Assembly: GCA_963778115.1 (NCBI GenBank)
Contig: CAVZSV010000004.1
Location: forward strand, 2,496,001-2,560,000
Direction: 5' to 3'
DNA: 64,000 nt
From: an uncultured delta proteobacterium
GTDB lineage: Bacteria; Bdellovibrionota; FAC87; UBA2466
Position 1 is the stretch's first letter; the number at the start of each line of letters is the position of its first letter. Position numbers and translations under genes: made by a program. Below, piece by piece: positions 37,842 to 49,332 of the stretch. The notes beneath the pieces are model-generated. The model searched no databases. It had not been told where the DNA came from and was given only the letters and a program-made list of their open reading frames with translations.

Positions 37842-38972
37842 GTGATGGAAAAGCGAATGATTTTCAGGGCTCCTCGCGGGGCGAGGGTGCTCGTTGCCGG
37901 GATAATGGTGTGGTCCGTCTTATTAACTCCGAATGCACTAGCCAGTGATCCCACGGTGACTGCCCTCAATTCAAGCACTGTCAGTGAGAACGCTGACACT
38001 TCCCACACTAAGAATGGCATCTCCGTGGCCCCCGTAGTTGGATATGATCCTACTTTTAGTTTTGTCTATGGGGCCGCCTTTTTTTACAGGGCAGATAGAT
38101 TTGCTTTCGGAACCGATTTCAATCTTAACTTCAAAAATGTCTACCAATTCCATGTACATGTCGATCATAGGTTTGCCGATGACTGGGAATATCAGATCCA
38201 TTCGACGAGTAATAAGGGCTTTGATCCTTATTATGGTGAAGGTGGAGAAACTCTGGTTTCGGACTTTACTCATATTTGGGGACTAAAATCGAGTACTCGA
38301 GCAAAAATCATCTACCATACGAGTAAAATATTTTCCGTGGGTGCCTATGGCGATGTACGTCTCATGGATGAAGGGCCGAGTCCGACCGGGGCATTTACCA
38401 GATTTTTTCCGGATGAAACGACCCTGGGTATCGGCCTCTGTGCAGAGATCGATACTAGGGACAATATTCAAGACACCAGAAATGGGTTTCGGTTTACGTT
38501 AGATGCTACTTATTTGCCTCACCAATTTAGCACTCTGTCCGCCTTGGAGGACGTGGGGCAGGTCGAAGGAAGTTTCGTCGTCTACAAACAGATTTTGGAC
38601 GAAGTGATTCCCGATACCATTGCGGCTTTTCAAGTGATGGGGGGAATGTCGTTAGGGAATCCCTCGTATATGTATCGGTATACTTTAGGAGGGGCGGATC
38701 AACTAAAGGGGTATTTAGACAATCGCTTCCGAGGGAAAAAGTATTACCTTCAGCAAACGGAATTACGTTTCCCTATTTGGAAGCTCTTCAGTGGAGCTGC
38801 TACCTTAGGTTTCGGAGATATTACGGACACCTCTTTCACGAATCCAAAATTGTCCTACGGAATCGGACTACGAATTGGTCTTCCCCCTGATTGGGTCAGT
38901 AAAGTCAGAATTGATGTCGCTTGGGGTCGAGACCAGTATGGTTTCTTTGTAAACTTCGGCCAAACTTTCTAA
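37842..38972 (+). CDS. Omp85/BamA-TamA family barrel-only outer membrane protein (no POTRA)
   Basis: LGGADQLKGYLDNRF (variant VRGY lid loop), ELRFP, YGIGLR, terminal FGQTF; true start probably downstream of 37842. Confidence 0.8.
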   Translation: MMEKRMIFRAPRGARVLVAGIMVWSVLLTPNALASDPTVTALNSSTVSENADTSHTKNGISVAPVVGYDPTFSFVYGAAFFYRADRFAFGTDFNLNFKNVYQFHVHVDHRFADDWEYQIHSTSNKGFDPYYGEGGETLVSDFTHIWGLKSSTRAKIIYHTSKIFSVGAYGDVRLMDEGPSPTGAFTRFFPDETTLGIGLCAEIDTRDNIQDTRNGFRFTLDATYLPHQFSTLSALEDVGQVEGSFVVYKQILDEVIPDTIAAFQVMGGMSLGNPSYMYRYTLGGADQLKGYLDNRFRGKKYYLQQTELRFPIWKLFSGAATLGFGDITDTSFTNPKLSYGIGLRIGLPPDWVSKVRIDVAWGRDQYGFFVNFGQTF

Positions 38973-38989
38973 GAAAAGCGAACCGGCGC

Positions 38990-39409
38990 CTAATTTGTCA
39001 TTTCGTTAACGACGTTGGAACTCGAGACGTTCCAAACTTCGGGCGGAAGGCGTTTTTCCACCGATTTAAGGGCCGCAAGACAAATAGTCAGAGGTGCCGA
39101 CTTTTCGATCGCAGCCCCTGATTCCAGGAATTGTCCCGCTTGGAGAAAACAAAGAAACTCTCCAGGGCTTTTCCAACGATCTCTAGGACCGATAATACCA
39201 AACCACATCCCGTTCTCGATTGGGATAAGCGTGACCCCCACTTTGTCGACGATTTCCCAAGCTGCAGCAATGTCGGCGCAATAATTTCGCAGCGGCCGAA
39301 TTTGACCCTGTCGAGTTTTCTCCTTCATGGTCCCTTTCTTTTGCCGAATCACCTGATGGCCGAGAACATATTGCGAGACCAGAGCATTCAATTCCATTCC
39401 GACGGTCAT
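38990..39409 (-). CDS. Phage ABA-sandwich-like (BC1872-type) domain protein
   Basis: ELNALVS…; NYCADIAAAWEIVDK; APLTICLAALK. Confidence 0.6.
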   Translation of the reverse strand: MTVGMELNALVSQYVLGHQVIRQKKGTMKEKTRQGQIRPLRNYCADIAAAWEIVDKVGVTLIPIENGMWFGIIGPRDRWKSPGEFLCFLQAGQFLESGAAIEKSAPLTICLAALKSVEKRLPPEVWNVSSSNVVNEMTN

Positions 39410-39566
39410 TTGATACCTCTTCCGTGCTGTAAGTTTTTGGTAACGCGATTCGTCTGAACATAAACATACAGCGGAAAAATTTGCAAAACTTTGAATTCCA
39501 CTTTGACAGTTTTTCCGGCGAGGAGTAACGGAGTAGAATTGCGACGATAGATCGATAGGAGGCGGT

Positions 39567-42500
39567 ATGGGATCAACCGTTACGACTAAAAGAACCTCAG
39601 CCGGTGCGCCCGCTAATGGCGGCGATAAGTCGTCCCTCTCACTCCCTCCGGTATCGAGACATTCGAAAAGCCCGACAACGCAGACGATCTCAAGAAAAAA
39701 TCGGATGGATCAGGAACTGGCGTCTCATGCGGCTGCCGTTGCCGCTGCTAGTCGAAGTGTCGCGCCTTTTGGTACGGCAGTGCCTCCGTTACTTGCGAAC
39801 CCGCCTCTAGAAGTCAGATCAGAAAAAGTTCAGCTACGGGATCTCTTACAAACGGTAAAGTCGGTCCGTCGCGGAGATTTTTCGGTTCGCTGTCCTATCG
39901 GTGTCGAAGGAATTATCAGTGAAATCAGTGAAGTGATGAATGACATCATCGAGCTCAACGAGAACATGGCGAGCGAGTTTGTCCGGGTAAGTAAGATCGT
40001 CGGACAAGAAGGAAAGATGACCGAGCGGGCGTCCATGGGTTCGGTAAAAGGAGCTTGGGCGACCAGTGTCGATTCGGTGAATTCCCTGATCGGCGACCTC
40101 GTACAACCCACTAACGAAGTGGCGCGCGTGATCACTTCCGTAGCGAAAGGCGACCTTTCCCAGAAGATGTCGCTCGAAATCGATGGCCGGCCGGTAAAAG
40201 GAGAGTTTTTCCGAATTGGAACTACCGTGAACGCCATGGTGGATCAGCTTAACTCCTTCGCTTCGGAAGTGACTCGTGTGGCGAAAGAGGTAGGTACTGA
40301 AGGAAAGCTGGGAGGCCAAGCGGATGTAAAAGGGGTCTCTGGAACGTGGAAAGATTTGACCGATAACGTGAACCACTTAGCCGGTAACCTTACCGCCCAG
40401 GTGCGTAACATCGCGAAGGTGACGACGGCGGTCGCGAAGGGCGATTTGTCCCAGAAGATTACGGTGGATGCCAAAGGAGAGGTCTATGAGTTGAAAAATA
40501 CGATCAACGTCATGGTGGACCAGCTTTCCTCATTCGCTGCGGAGGTGACTCGTGTCGCGAAAGAGGTAGGAACGGAAGGCCGCTTGGGAGGCCAAGCACA
40601 CGTAAAAGGCGTTTCTGGAACGTGGAAAGATCTCACTGATAATGTAAACGGTCTAGCAAATAACCTCACCGATCAGGTGCGAAACATCGCCAAGGTGACT
40701 ACAGCCGTTGCGAACGGCGATTTGTCTCAAAAGATCACTGTCGATGCTCGTGGTGAAATCCTCGAACTAAAAAATACGATTAACGTCATGGTGGATCAGC
40801 TGCGTTCGTTTGCCGCGGAAGTGACTCGTGTGGCGAAAGAGGTGGGTACCGAAGGAAAGTTGGGTGGCCAGGCGGATGTCAAAGGCGTGTCTGGCACTTG
40901 GAAAGATCTCACCGATAACGTGAATGGCTTGGCCAACAATCTAACCGCCCAAGTTCGAAACATCGCTAAAGTGACTACGGCCGTAGCGAATGGAGACCTG
41001 TCTCAGAAAATTACGGTCGATGCCCGGGGCGAGATTCTGGAACTGAAAGACACCATCAATACGATGGTCGACACTTTACGATCGTTCGCCGCTGAAGTGA
41101 CTCGTGTGGCGAAAGAGGTGGGTACCGAGGGAAAACTAGGCGGCCAGGCCGATGTGAAAGGTGTTTCTGGAACATGGAAAGACCTCACCGACAATGTGAA
41201 TGCGATGGCCGCGAATCTAACGGTCCAGTTGCGCGACGTATCCAAAGTGGCGACTGCCATTGCAAACGGCGACCTCTCTCAGAAAATCACGGTCGAAGTG
41301 AAAGGCGAAATCCTTCAGATTAAAGACGTGATTAATAAAATGGTGGACCAGCTTTCGACGTTCGCCGCCGAAGTCACTCGTGTCGCTAAAGAGGTAGGCA
41401 CAGAAGGCCGTTTAGGGGGCCAGGCGGATGTAAAAGGAGTTTCGGGCACGTGGAAAGATCTTACCGATAACGTGAACCAGCTAGCGGGAAATCTCACCTC
41501 TCAAGTGCGTAACATCGCGAAAGTGACGACGGCGGTTGCGAAAGGCGATTTGTCTCAGAAGATCACGGTCGATGCGCGGGGCGAAATCTTCGAGTTGAAA
41601 AATACGATCAACGTCATGGTGGATCAGCTGAACTCGTTTGCCGCGGAAGTGACACGAGTTGCGAAAGAGGTAGGTACCGAAGGAAAACTGGGCGGTCAGG
41701 CGGATGTAAAAGGAGTTTCGGGCACGTGGAAAGATCTTACCGATAACGTGAACCAGCTAGCGGGAAATCTCACCTCTCAAGTGCGTAACATCGCGAAAGT
41801 GACGACGGCGGTTGCGAAAGGCGATTTGTCTCAGAAGATCACAGTCGATGCGCGGGGCGAAATCTTCGAGTTAAAAAATACGATCAACGTCATGGTGGAT
41901 CAGCTGAACTCGTTTGCCGCGGAAGTGACACGAGTTGCGAAAGAGGTAGGTACCGAAGGAAAACTGGGCGGCCAGGCGGACGTAAAGGGAGTTTCGGGCA
42001 CGTGGAAAGATCTTACCGATAACGTGAACCAGCTAGCGGGAAATCTCACCTCTCAAGTGCGTAACATCGCGAAAGTGACGACGGCGGTTGCGAAAGGCGA
42101 TTTGTCTCAGAAGATCACGGTCGATGCGCGAGGTGAAATCTTAGAGTTAAAAGACACCATCAACACCATGGTCGATACGTTACGGTCCTTCGCCGCAGAA
42201 GTGACACGAGTTGCGAAAGAGGTAGGTACCGAAGGAAAACTGGGCGGCCAGGCGGACGTAAAGGGAGTTTCGGGCACGTGGAAAGATCTCACCGATAACG
42301 TGAACGCGATGGCGAGCAATCTTACGGTGCAGCTCAGAGACGTATCCAAGGTAGCCACTGCCATCGCCAACGGTGATTTGGGACAGAAGATTACGGTGGA
42401 TGTGAAAGGAGAAATTCTCCAGATTAAGGATGTCATCAACAAGATGGTCGACCAGCTGAACTCCTTCGCTTCTGAGGTAACACGAGTCGCGAAAGAGGTG

Positions 42501-45143
42501 GGTACTGAAGGGAAACTGGGTGGTCAGGCGGAGGTGAAGGGGGTTTCGGGAACCTGGAAGGACCTTACCGACAACGTCAACTTCATGGCCAGTAATCTAA
42601 CCACTCAGGTCCGAGGAATTATTAAGGTCGTAACGGCGGTTGCTAACGGCGACTTAAATCAAAAGTTTGTCCTAGAAGCGAAAGGAGAGGTGGCTGCTCT
42701 CGCCGACACTATTAACAGCATGATCGATACGCTGCGCACTTTTGCGGACCAGGTGACTACGGTAGCTCGTGAAGTAGGAAGTGAAGGTAAACTGGGCGCT
42801 CAAGCGCGCGTACCCGGTGTTGCCGGTACTTGGAAAGACCTGACGGATAACGTGAATTTCATGGCCGCTAATCTGACGACACAGGTTCGCGGTATCGTAA
42901 AAGTCGTAACTGCGGTTGCCAATGGTGACCTGAATCAGAAATTTGTCTTGGAAGCCAAAGGGGAAGTCGCGGCACTTGCCGACACTATCAACAGCATGAC
43001 GGATACGCTGCGCATCTTCGCGGACCAGGTAACTACGGTAGCTCGTGAAGTAGGAATTGAAGGAAAACTTGGAGGCCAGGCGAAAGTGCCCGGAGCCGCG
43101 GGGACGTGGAAAGATTTGACCGATAACGTGAACCAACTTGCGGGAAACTTAACTTCTCAGGTTCGCGCCATTGCTGAAGTCTCAACCGCCGTCACTAAAG
43201 GAGACCTGACGCGATCTATTACCGTGGAAGCGCAAGGAGAAGTTGCCGCTCTTAAAGATAATATCAACCAGATGATCGGGAATCTTAAGGACACAACTCA
43301 GAAAAATACCGAGCAAGACTGGTTAAAGACCAACTTGGCCAAGTTTACTGAAATGATGCAGGGGCAAAGAAGCATTTCAGCCGCCGCCCAACTTATTATG
43401 TCGGAGTTGACTCCTCTGGTAGGCGCTCAGCATGGGACCTTCTTTATGGTGGAAGGGCCTGATAAAGCGCTTGGTCTTATAGCAAGCTATGCTTTTTCTA
43501 TGCGCAAGAGTGTCGCCAATAAATATCAATTGAAAGAGGGGTTGGTGGGGCAGTGTGCTTTTGAAAAGAAAAAGATCCTACTGACGAGTGCGCCCCACGA
43601 CTACATCTATATCGCTTCTAGTTTGGGCGAATCAAAACCCTTTAACATTGTTGTTCTGCCTATCCTGTTTGAGGGCGAATTAAAGGCGGTAATTGAGCTG
43701 GCCTCCCTGCACGCGTTTTCCGACAACTATCTTAATTTCCTCGACCAGTTAATGGATAGTTTAGGTGTAATCTTAAACATGATCGCTTCCAGCATGCGCA
43801 CTGAGGAACTGTTGCAGGAGTTAAAGAAATCAAATGCGGAATTGGAAGCCCAAGCCAAAGAGCTGGAAGAAAAAGCTAAACTTCTCGAAGTGAAAAACCA
43901 AGAGGTGGAACTTGCCTCTCTCTCTCTGGAAGAGAAAGCGGAGCAGCTATCACTAATATCCAAGTACAAGTCTGAGTTTCTGGCCAATATGTCACACGAG
44001 TTAAGGACTCCTCTGAACAGCTTGCTCATCCTCTCCAAGATGCTATCTGAGAATAAGGAGCAGAATTTAACCGCGGATCAAGTCAAGTATGCTGCTACTG
44101 TCTATTCCGCGGGATGTGACTTGCTGGCTTTGATCAATGAGATCCTAGACCTCTCCAAAGTGGAAGCCGGCAAGATGCCCATTGATCCTAAAGACATCAG
44201 ACTTAGCGAGGTTCAAGAATATCTCGAACAGACCTTCCGCCCGGTAGCGGAGCATAAGTCTTTAGAATTTAGCATCGAAACGGAAGGCGATGTTCCCAAG
44301 CGGATGTTTACAGATTCAAACCGCTTACACCAAATTCTAAAAAACCTGCTCTCCAATGCCTTTAAGTTTACGGAGACCGGAAGTGTTCGTCTCAAGGTGC
44401 GGGTGGCTCCCGCCGAACGTATGTTCTCGATGGAGACTTTAAACCAGGCTCCGGCTATAAGCTTCTCTGTCCATGATACCGGAATAGGAATACCGGCGGA
44501 TAAACAAAAGTTGATCTTTGAAGCTTTCCAACAGGCGGACGGGACAACGAATCGCAAATACGGCGGTACGGGTCTTGGATTAACGATCAGCCGAGAGATC
44601 GCTAGGCTACTTGGAGGAATCATTGAAGTGGAAAGCACTCCCGGCCAGGGGAGTGTATTCACTCTGTACCTGCCGCAGAACTATATCGGTGCCGATAGCG
44701 TCGGTCAGCGAGAGGCTATTTCAGAGCCCCCGACCAATTTACCTCCCCTTCCTCCGGACGCCGACTTCTCTGGGAAGCGGATTCTCATCGTTGATGACGA
44801 TATGAGAAATATCTTTGCCATCACAAGTGTCCTTGAAGCTAGGGGCATGGAGGTCATGAAAGCGGAAAATGGTAGAGTGGCCCTGCAATTGCTAGAACAG
44901 GATTCCAACATTGATCTTGTCTTGATGGACACTATGATGCCCGAGATGGACGGAATACAGGCTACCCAGCTCATTCGAAATATGCCAACCTTCTCTAAAT
45001 TACCCATTATCTCTTTAACGGCGAAAGCAATGAAAGGAGATAGAGAGAAATGTCTCCAAGCAGGCTCATCCGATTACATCACCAAACCGGTCGATGCGGA
45101 AAGCCTCCTGTCTCTCATTAATATTTGGTTAAACAAAGAGTAG
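39567..45143 (+). CDS. Poly-HAMP hybrid histidine kinase (group III HHK/OsaA-like): 92-aa HAMP repeats, GAF, HisKA, HATPase, REC
   Basis: 11 [10 protein letters not shown] repeats plus one degenerate; [36 protein letters not shown]…LMDTMMP REC. Confidence 0.95.
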   Translation: MGSTVTTKRTSAGAPANGGDKSSLSLPPVSRHSKSPTTQTISRKNRMDQELASHAAAVAAASRSVAPFGTAVPPLLANPPLEVRSEKVQLRDLLQTVKSVRRGDFSVRCPIGVEGIISEISEVMNDIIELNENMASEFVRVSKIVGQEGKMTERASMGSVKGAWATSVDSVNSLIGDLVQPTNEVARVITSVAKGDLSQKMSLEIDGRPVKGEFFRIGTTVNAMVDQLNSFASEVTRVAKEVGTEGKLGGQADVKGVSGTWKDLTDNVNHLAGNLTAQVRNIAKVTTAVAKGDLSQKITVDAKGEVYELKNTINVMVDQLSSFAAEVTRVAKEVGTEGRLGGQAHVKGVSGTWKDLTDNVNGLANNLTDQVRNIAKVTTAVANGDLSQKITVDARGEILELKNTINVMVDQLRSFAAEVTRVAKEVGTEGKLGGQADVKGVSGTWKDLTDNVNGLANNLTAQVRNIAKVTTAVANGDLSQKITVDARGEILELKDTINTMVDTLRSFAAEVTRVAKEVGTEGKLGGQADVKGVSGTWKDLTDNVNAMAANLTVQLRDVSKVATAIANGDLSQKITVEVKGEILQIKDVINKMVDQLSTFAAEVTRVAKEVGTEGRLGGQADVKGVSGTWKDLTDNVNQLAGNLTSQVRNIAKVTTAVAKGDLSQKITVDARGEIFELKNTINVMVDQLNSFAAEVTRVAKEVGTEGKLGGQADVKGVSGTWKDLTDNVNQLAGNLTSQVRNIAKVTTAVAKGDLSQKITVDARGEIFELKNTINVMVDQLNSFAAEVTRVAKEVGTEGKLGGQADVKGVSGTWKDLTDNVNQLAGNLTSQVRNIAKVTTAVAKGDLSQKITVDARGEILELKDTINTMVDTLRSFAAEVTRVAKEVGTEGKLGGQADVKGVSGTWKDLTDNVNAMASNLTVQLRDVSKVATAIANGDLGQKITVDVKGEILQIKDVINKMVDQLNSFASEVTRVAKEVGTEGKLGGQAEVKGVSGTWKDLTDNVNFMASNLTTQVRGIIKVVTAVANGDLNQKFVLEAKGEVAALADTINSMIDTLRTFADQVTTVAREVGSEGKLGAQARVPGVAGTWKDLTDNVNFMAANLTTQVRGIVKVVTAVANGDLNQKFVLEAKGEVAALADTINSMTDTLRIFADQVTTVAREVGIEGKLGGQAKVPGAAGTWKDLTDNVNQLAGNLTSQVRAIAEVSTAVTKGDLTRSITVEAQGEVAALKDNINQMIGNLKDTTQKNTEQDWLKTNLAKFTEMMQGQRSISAAAQLIMSELTPLVGAQHGTFFMVEGPDKALGLIASYAFSMRKSVANKYQLKEGLVGQCAFEKKKILLTSAPHDYIYIASSLGESKPFNIVVLPILFEGELKAVIELASLHAFSDNYLNFLDQLMDSLGVILNMIASSMRTEELLQELKKSNAELEAQAKELEEKAKLLEVKNQEVELASLSLEEKAEQLSLISKYKSEFLANMSHELRTPLNSLLILSKMLSENKEQNLTADQVKYAATVYSAGCDLLALINEILDLSKVEAGKMPIDPKDIRLSEVQEYLEQTFRPVAEHKSLEFSIETEGDVPKRMFTDSNRLHQILKNLLSNAFKFTETGSVRLKVRVAPAERMFSMETLNQAPAISFSVHDTGIGIPADKQKLIFEAFQQADGTTNRKYGGTGLGLTISREIARLLGGIIEVESTPGQGSVFTLYLPQNYIGADSVGQREAISEPPTNLPPLPPDADFSGKRILIVDDDMRNIFAITSVLEARGMEVMKAENGRVALQLLEQDSNIDLVLMDTMMPEMDGIQATQLIRNMPTFSKLPIISLTAKAMKGDREKCLQAGSSDYITKPVDAESLLSLINIWLNKE
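40260..43260 (+). repeat. Intragenic 276-bp tandem repeats encoding HAMP pairs
   Basis: Equivalent positions at 41421, 41697, 41973, 42249 (period 276); central units nearly identical at the DNA level. Confidence 0.9.
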
Positions 45144-45155
45144 ATTGGGGCATCC

Positions 45156-46718
45156 ATGGACGAAGAATGTATTGAGAACAAAATCAATATTTTGTTAGTG
45201 GACGATCGTCCGGATGGTCTCGTGGCTTTAGAAGCGGTACTTAAATCACCGAGATATAAAACTTTCTTGGCGAGTTCGGGGATGGAAGCACTAGGAATTG
45301 TCTTCGATCACGATTTTGCGGCTATCGTCATGGACGTTCAGATGCCGGGGATGGACGGCTTTGAAACTGGGCAGATTATTCGTCAAAGAGAACGCTCTAG
45401 AAAAACCCCCATTCTATTTGTGACTGCTATCAATAAAACTCCTCATCATATAAGTCGGGGTTATGAATTGGGAGGCGTGGATTACATCTTTAAGCCATTT
45501 GATCCTTCCATCCTTCAGGCAAAGGTTTCTGTCTTTGCCGATTTGTATGAGACGCATCGCGAGCTGTTACAGAAAAGCGAAAAACTTAAGAAGTCAGAGG
45601 AACGCAATCGTCTGCTTTTGGATACGGCAAACGATATCATTGCGACTTGTGATCTAAACGGTAGCATAACCTCGCTCAGTCCGGCTTTTGAAGTGATTCT
45701 AGGGAAGAAGCGAGACGACTGGATGGAAAAATCTATTTCACTCCTGGTTCATCCGCAAGATGTGTCTTCGGTGGAGAAGATTTTCGAAAGTTCTCGTAAG
45801 CATTCCGAAGCCTATTTAGGCGAGGCTCGCTTCAAGACGAACTTCGGTGATGATGTTGTCTTGGAATATTCCGTAAAGCCTTTGGTGGAATGTGGGGCTG
45901 TTACTGGGACTCTGACCGTCGCGCGCGATATTTCCGAGCGGGTTCGAGCGGAAAAGGAGAGAAGACAGAGATACGAATTAGAGAGAGTTAATAAAGAGCT
46001 AGAGCAGTTTGCCTATATTTGTTCTCATGATCTACAAGAGCCACTACGGACGATGGGCACTTGTACTCAGCTTCTCGAACGAAGAATGAAGGACCGGTTG
46101 GGAAGCCAAGAGACCGAATTATTGACCTACATTACTGACGGCGCAAAACGAATGTCGCGACTGGTGGGCGATATTTTGGATTTTTCGAGGTTCGGTTCCA
46201 ATGTCGTGCTTGAGCCCGTCGCGACCGATGCCGCCTACTTGGAAGCGGTAGATATTTTGAACGCGCGACTGGTGGAAAGTAAGACCACGCTAGAGGTTTC
46301 AGATCTTCCTAAGGTGAGTGGAGTTTACTCCGAACTGGTCAGGCTCTTTCAAAACTTGATTGCCAATGCCATTAAGTTCAAATCCGCACTTCCTCTTAAG
46401 ATCAGTATTTCCGCAACGATCCAAGAGGGAGAATGGGTCTTTGCTGTAAAGGACAACGGCATAGGATTCAAGATGGAGTATGCGCAACAGATCTTTCAAA
46501 TCTTCAAGCGGCTTCATACTGGCGAGAAATATGCGGGGACGGGTATGGGTCTTGCTATCTGTAAGAAAATCGTCGAACGGCATGGGGGACGTATTTGGGC
46601 CGAGTCTTCTCCCTCTCAAGGGGCTACCTTTTTCTTCACCATTCCTGTAGCGGAACGTAAGACTTCCACCGCTAACCGGGGATTTTCGGAAGCGGTTGGG
46701 ATTGCTACGGGCAGTTAA
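45156..46718 (+). CDS. REC-PAS-histidine kinase
   Basis: ILLVDD…MDVQMPGMDGFE; PAS; SHDLQEPLR; QNLIANAIKF; GTGMGL. Confidence 0.93.
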   Translation: MDEECIENKINILLVDDRPDGLVALEAVLKSPRYKTFLASSGMEALGIVFDHDFAAIVMDVQMPGMDGFETGQIIRQRERSRKTPILFVTAINKTPHHISRGYELGGVDYIFKPFDPSILQAKVSVFADLYETHRELLQKSEKLKKSEERNRLLLDTANDIIATCDLNGSITSLSPAFEVILGKKRDDWMEKSISLLVHPQDVSSVEKIFESSRKHSEAYLGEARFKTNFGDDVVLEYSVKPLVECGAVTGTLTVARDISERVRAEKERRQRYELERVNKELEQFAYICSHDLQEPLRTMGTCTQLLERRMKDRLGSQETELLTYITDGAKRMSRLVGDILDFSRFGSNVVLEPVATDAAYLEAVDILNARLVESKTTLEVSDLPKVSGVYSELVRLFQNLIANAIKFKSALPLKISISATIQEGEWVFAVKDNGIGFKMEYAQQIFQIFKRLHTGEKYAGTGMGLAICKKIVERHGGRIWAESSPSQGATFFFTIPVAERKTSTANRGFSEAVGIATGS

Positions 46719-47901
46719 CCGATGCTGGAGTCGTGGACTGGAGTGCTTGGGTCGCGGTCGTGTTAATCGTTTGAAAACCTAGGATGCTTGAATCGGTGGC
46801 ATCTATTTGCCAGACTTCAATAAAACGGGGCTGATAAGATAGGGCGATGGTCTCGGCATTTTGTAAAGTGCTACTAGCAGGACACGGGGAAAAGCCGTTC
46901 TCTCTACAGTTGTTTGACGTATCGTCTGCGGCCGAAGAAGCAAATTGAATACCTATCTGTGGCGCATAGTCCGCGATGAGCGTGAAGATATAGCTTGAGG
47001 TCCCGGGAGTCGCCGTTAGTGCCTGACAGGCGGTGGGGGAGTTTCCATGCAAGAAATTAATTTGGGCGAAGAACCTTTTCCCAAAAGTTTCTGAGGAGTA
47101 GGCGTAACTTAAGATGTCTTGGGCAAGCTGGGTTGAAGTTCCGTCGAGTGTCGCGTCCGTGACTTGAATGGGGAGTTTAATGGCTTGATTGGGAAAGGCC
47201 GTCGCTGTGGTAGTCAAGATGTCTTCTCCGATTTGCAGCATGAGAGCATGGGTATATCCGATGGACTGCCAGGCGGTGTCGTTGCTGTAAGACACATTAT
47301 TGCAGGTTCCGCTAGAGTGAGGAACATTCCAATCATCGGTTTCAAAATTAGCAAAGGATCCCACCACCGCGATCACAGCGGGGTTATTAGCGAAGTGGGC
47401 TCCGGCGGCTTCAATCATTTTCTTTTTTTGCGCGTGGTAGAACGGATCAAAAAAGGCGGGAGCGTTGACAGCGGCGCAAGTAGTTCCGCTTGTGTAGTAG
47501 GAGTTAAAATTCTGACTGGCGCCGTTGACCACATACGTGGGAGCCGTGAGAGGAGAAGCGGTAATTTTTAGAGCCACTTTTAGGCCTTGGGCGCTAAGGG
47601 AAGCGATCTCAGTATCCATTTGATTTCCAGTGGTGTCCCATAGGTAACTGGGATGGTTGGCGTCAGTGCTCAGGTCGACCTGATTCCAGTTCCAATTTAA
47701 GAACATTCCTACGACCCCAGCAGACTGAGAAAGAGAGGAAGCCGCAAAGGAGGTTCCTGGTCCAAGTCCATAGACTCCAGCGGGATAGGCAAAAACTCCG
47801 CTCGCCTCATTCGTCGGTGAAGAAGTTTTCGAACAGGAGATCGCTAAAACACAAGCAAACCAAATAAGGAGATTATGAAAGGGGGGATTGCGAAATCGCA
47901 T
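46705..47901 (-). CDS. Lipoprotein, probable glycoside hydrolase-like TIM barrel (GH42/clan A-like)
   Basis: AISC lipobox; W.W..V…Y.W; P.FFDP.Y; terminal FIEVWQ.D. Confidence 0.5.
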   Translation of the reverse strand: MRFRNPPFHNLLIWFACVLAISCSKTSSPTNEASGVFAYPAGVYGLGPGTSFAASSLSQSAGVVGMFLNWNWNQVDLSTDANHPSYLWDTTGNQMDTEIASLSAQGLKVALKITASPLTAPTYVVNGASQNFNSYYTSGTTCAAVNAPAFFDPFYHAQKKKMIEAAGAHFANNPAVIAVVGSFANFETDDWNVPHSSGTCNNVSYSNDTAWQSIGYTHALMLQIGEDILTTTATAFPNQAIKLPIQVTDATLDGTSTQLAQDILSYAYSSETFGKRFFAQINFLHGNSPTACQALTATPGTSSYIFTLIADYAPQIGIQFASSAADDTSNNCRENGFSPCPASSTLQNAETIALSYQPRFIEVWQIDATDSSILGFQTINTTATQALQSTTPASVNCP

Positions 47902-47916
47902 TAGGCTATAAGAACG

Positions 47917-47932
47917 AGCAAGTACCGTACCA
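47917..47932 (-). promoter_or_regulatory. Putative sigma54 promoter
   Basis: TGGTACGGTACTTGCT, near-consensus. Confidence 0.65.
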
Positions 47933-48085
47933 GACGAGAAGACTAGCCCCTAGCCTGGGCCTACTGCGCTGCTGTGGTGCCTGTGGACATACCAGAAACA
48001 GGATGTAGCAAAGCCTGGAGAAGGTGAGGAAAATAGAGGTGTTTAACTCTAAGACAACTTTGGATAGGACTCGTACAACATTATG

Positions 48086-48116
48086 AAAAAAAAGCCGCTT
48101 CCTTTACGGAAGCGGC
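48086..48116 (-). terminator. Rho-independent terminator after the Spy/CpxP gene
   Basis: GCCGCTTCC/GGAAGCGGC stem followed by T8 on the minus strand. Confidence 0.85.
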
Positions 48117-48137
48117 CTGCTTTCTTGTGAAGATACG

Positions 48138-48677
48138 CTATTCCATATCCTCGTCGTCCAGCATCGAGACCTCTTCATGTTGAGGTCCTGCGTCGGATCC
48201 TTCTTCCATTCCCATGCGATGATCCGACCCGTGGCCGAATTGAGGCGGTCGATGGCCATGCCAGTGGTGGCATTTTTCCGCTTCTTGACGTTGTTCGGCG
48301 GTTAGCACCTTGAAAGCCATTTCCGCTTTAAACGCCTCTTTCGAAGCGATTAACTTGGAAAGGTTATTTGCGACTTCTTTTGCCGCAGATTTGGCAGCAC
48401 TGTAGTCGCCGCTAGGATCGGTTAACAATTTCTTGAAGGCCAGACGAGAGTGTTTGAGTTGGGCTTCTAAATCGATCTTCGATTCTTCAAATTTGAATCT
48501 CTCCGCTCTCATTTTGGTTTTCTGCTCGTCGGTTAAATTAAGCTTACACCAAGCTCCATGGAGGTGTTCGCCCCCGGCGCGTCCAGCATCCAATTTTCCC
48601 GCAAGCTCCACGTCATCCGCGAAGCAATGAGCGCTGGCGAATGCCACCGCGAATAGTACGAGTAATGTCTTCTTCAT
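48138..48677 (-). CDS. Spy/CpxP family periplasmic chaperone
   Basis: Signal peptide; LNLTDEQK and VLTAEQR (LTxxQ) motifs. Confidence 0.85.
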   Translation of the reverse strand: MKKTLLVLFAVAFASAHCFADDVELAGKLDAGRAGGEHLHGAWCKLNLTDEQKTKMRAERFKFEESKIDLEAQLKHSRLAFKKLLTDPSGDYSAAKSAAKEVANNLSKLIASKEAFKAEMAFKVLTAEQRQEAEKCHHWHGHRPPQFGHGSDHRMGMEEGSDAGPQHEEVSMLDDEDME

Positions 48678-48870
48678 AATTGAACTCCTTCCGTCATAAT
48701 TGACGTCACAAGAACAAGATTACCGAAGGACTATAGAAAAGTTGTGGAGCCCGGAAGTACGTTAGGTATCAATACTTTATGTCTTTCTCTTTTAGACACC
48801 CCTAAACTTGAAGAACCGGCTTGTTGCGGGTAAGAATGGCTTCACATTTATCTGTCAGAAGGAGCCTTGG

Positions 48871-49314
48871 ATGTCTTTGATTACTCGGACCACATTAACC
48901 CATTCGTTTCTGGCGCTATGCGTGATTGCTGTCTTTTCCGGGAAAAGCTTTGCCAAGGACGCTCCTCTGCACTGGTACAGCATCGGAACAGATTTCGTGA
49001 AGAATAATTGGTACACCGGTAGTTCAACTCTAGATGACAAGCAGATGTTTAAAGCTCTTCAAAGTAGCACTGCCATTCGGTTAGATAATTTGAGAGGAAA
49101 GAAAAACGACAAATCTCCGTGGGAGAAATCGTCTAATGATTTGCGCCAAGGCGTTATGTTGCTAAGTACCAAACACATTGTGGCAATTTCAGTGTTAACC
49201 GGAGATCCTCTCATTGTGGCGCCAGCCACTGTGGCTAGCGAAGGATCCGAACCCAAGAACAACGAAAATCCTTTTGAGCCCCCAGCGGAAGAACCGATTA
49301 AAGCCAATAAATAG
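48871..49314 (+). CDS. Secreted hypothetical protein
   Basis: GGAG RBS; signal peptide ending SFA. Confidence 0.55.
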   Translation: MSLITRTTLTHSFLALCVIAVFSGKSFAKDAPLHWYSIGTDFVKNNWYTGSSTLDDKQMFKALQSSTAIRLDNLRGKKNDKSPWEKSSNDLRQGVMLLSTKHIVAISVLTGDPLIVAPATVASEGSEPKNNENPFEPPAEEPIKANK

Positions 49315-49332
49315 TTTTTCTTAAAGCCAACT

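Noticed and set aside
32207..39409. Integrated prophage or ICE at tRNA-Leu (likewise at tRNA-Val)
   Set aside because: No integrase, no phage or conjugation genes, and no duplicated tRNA 3' end found by eye
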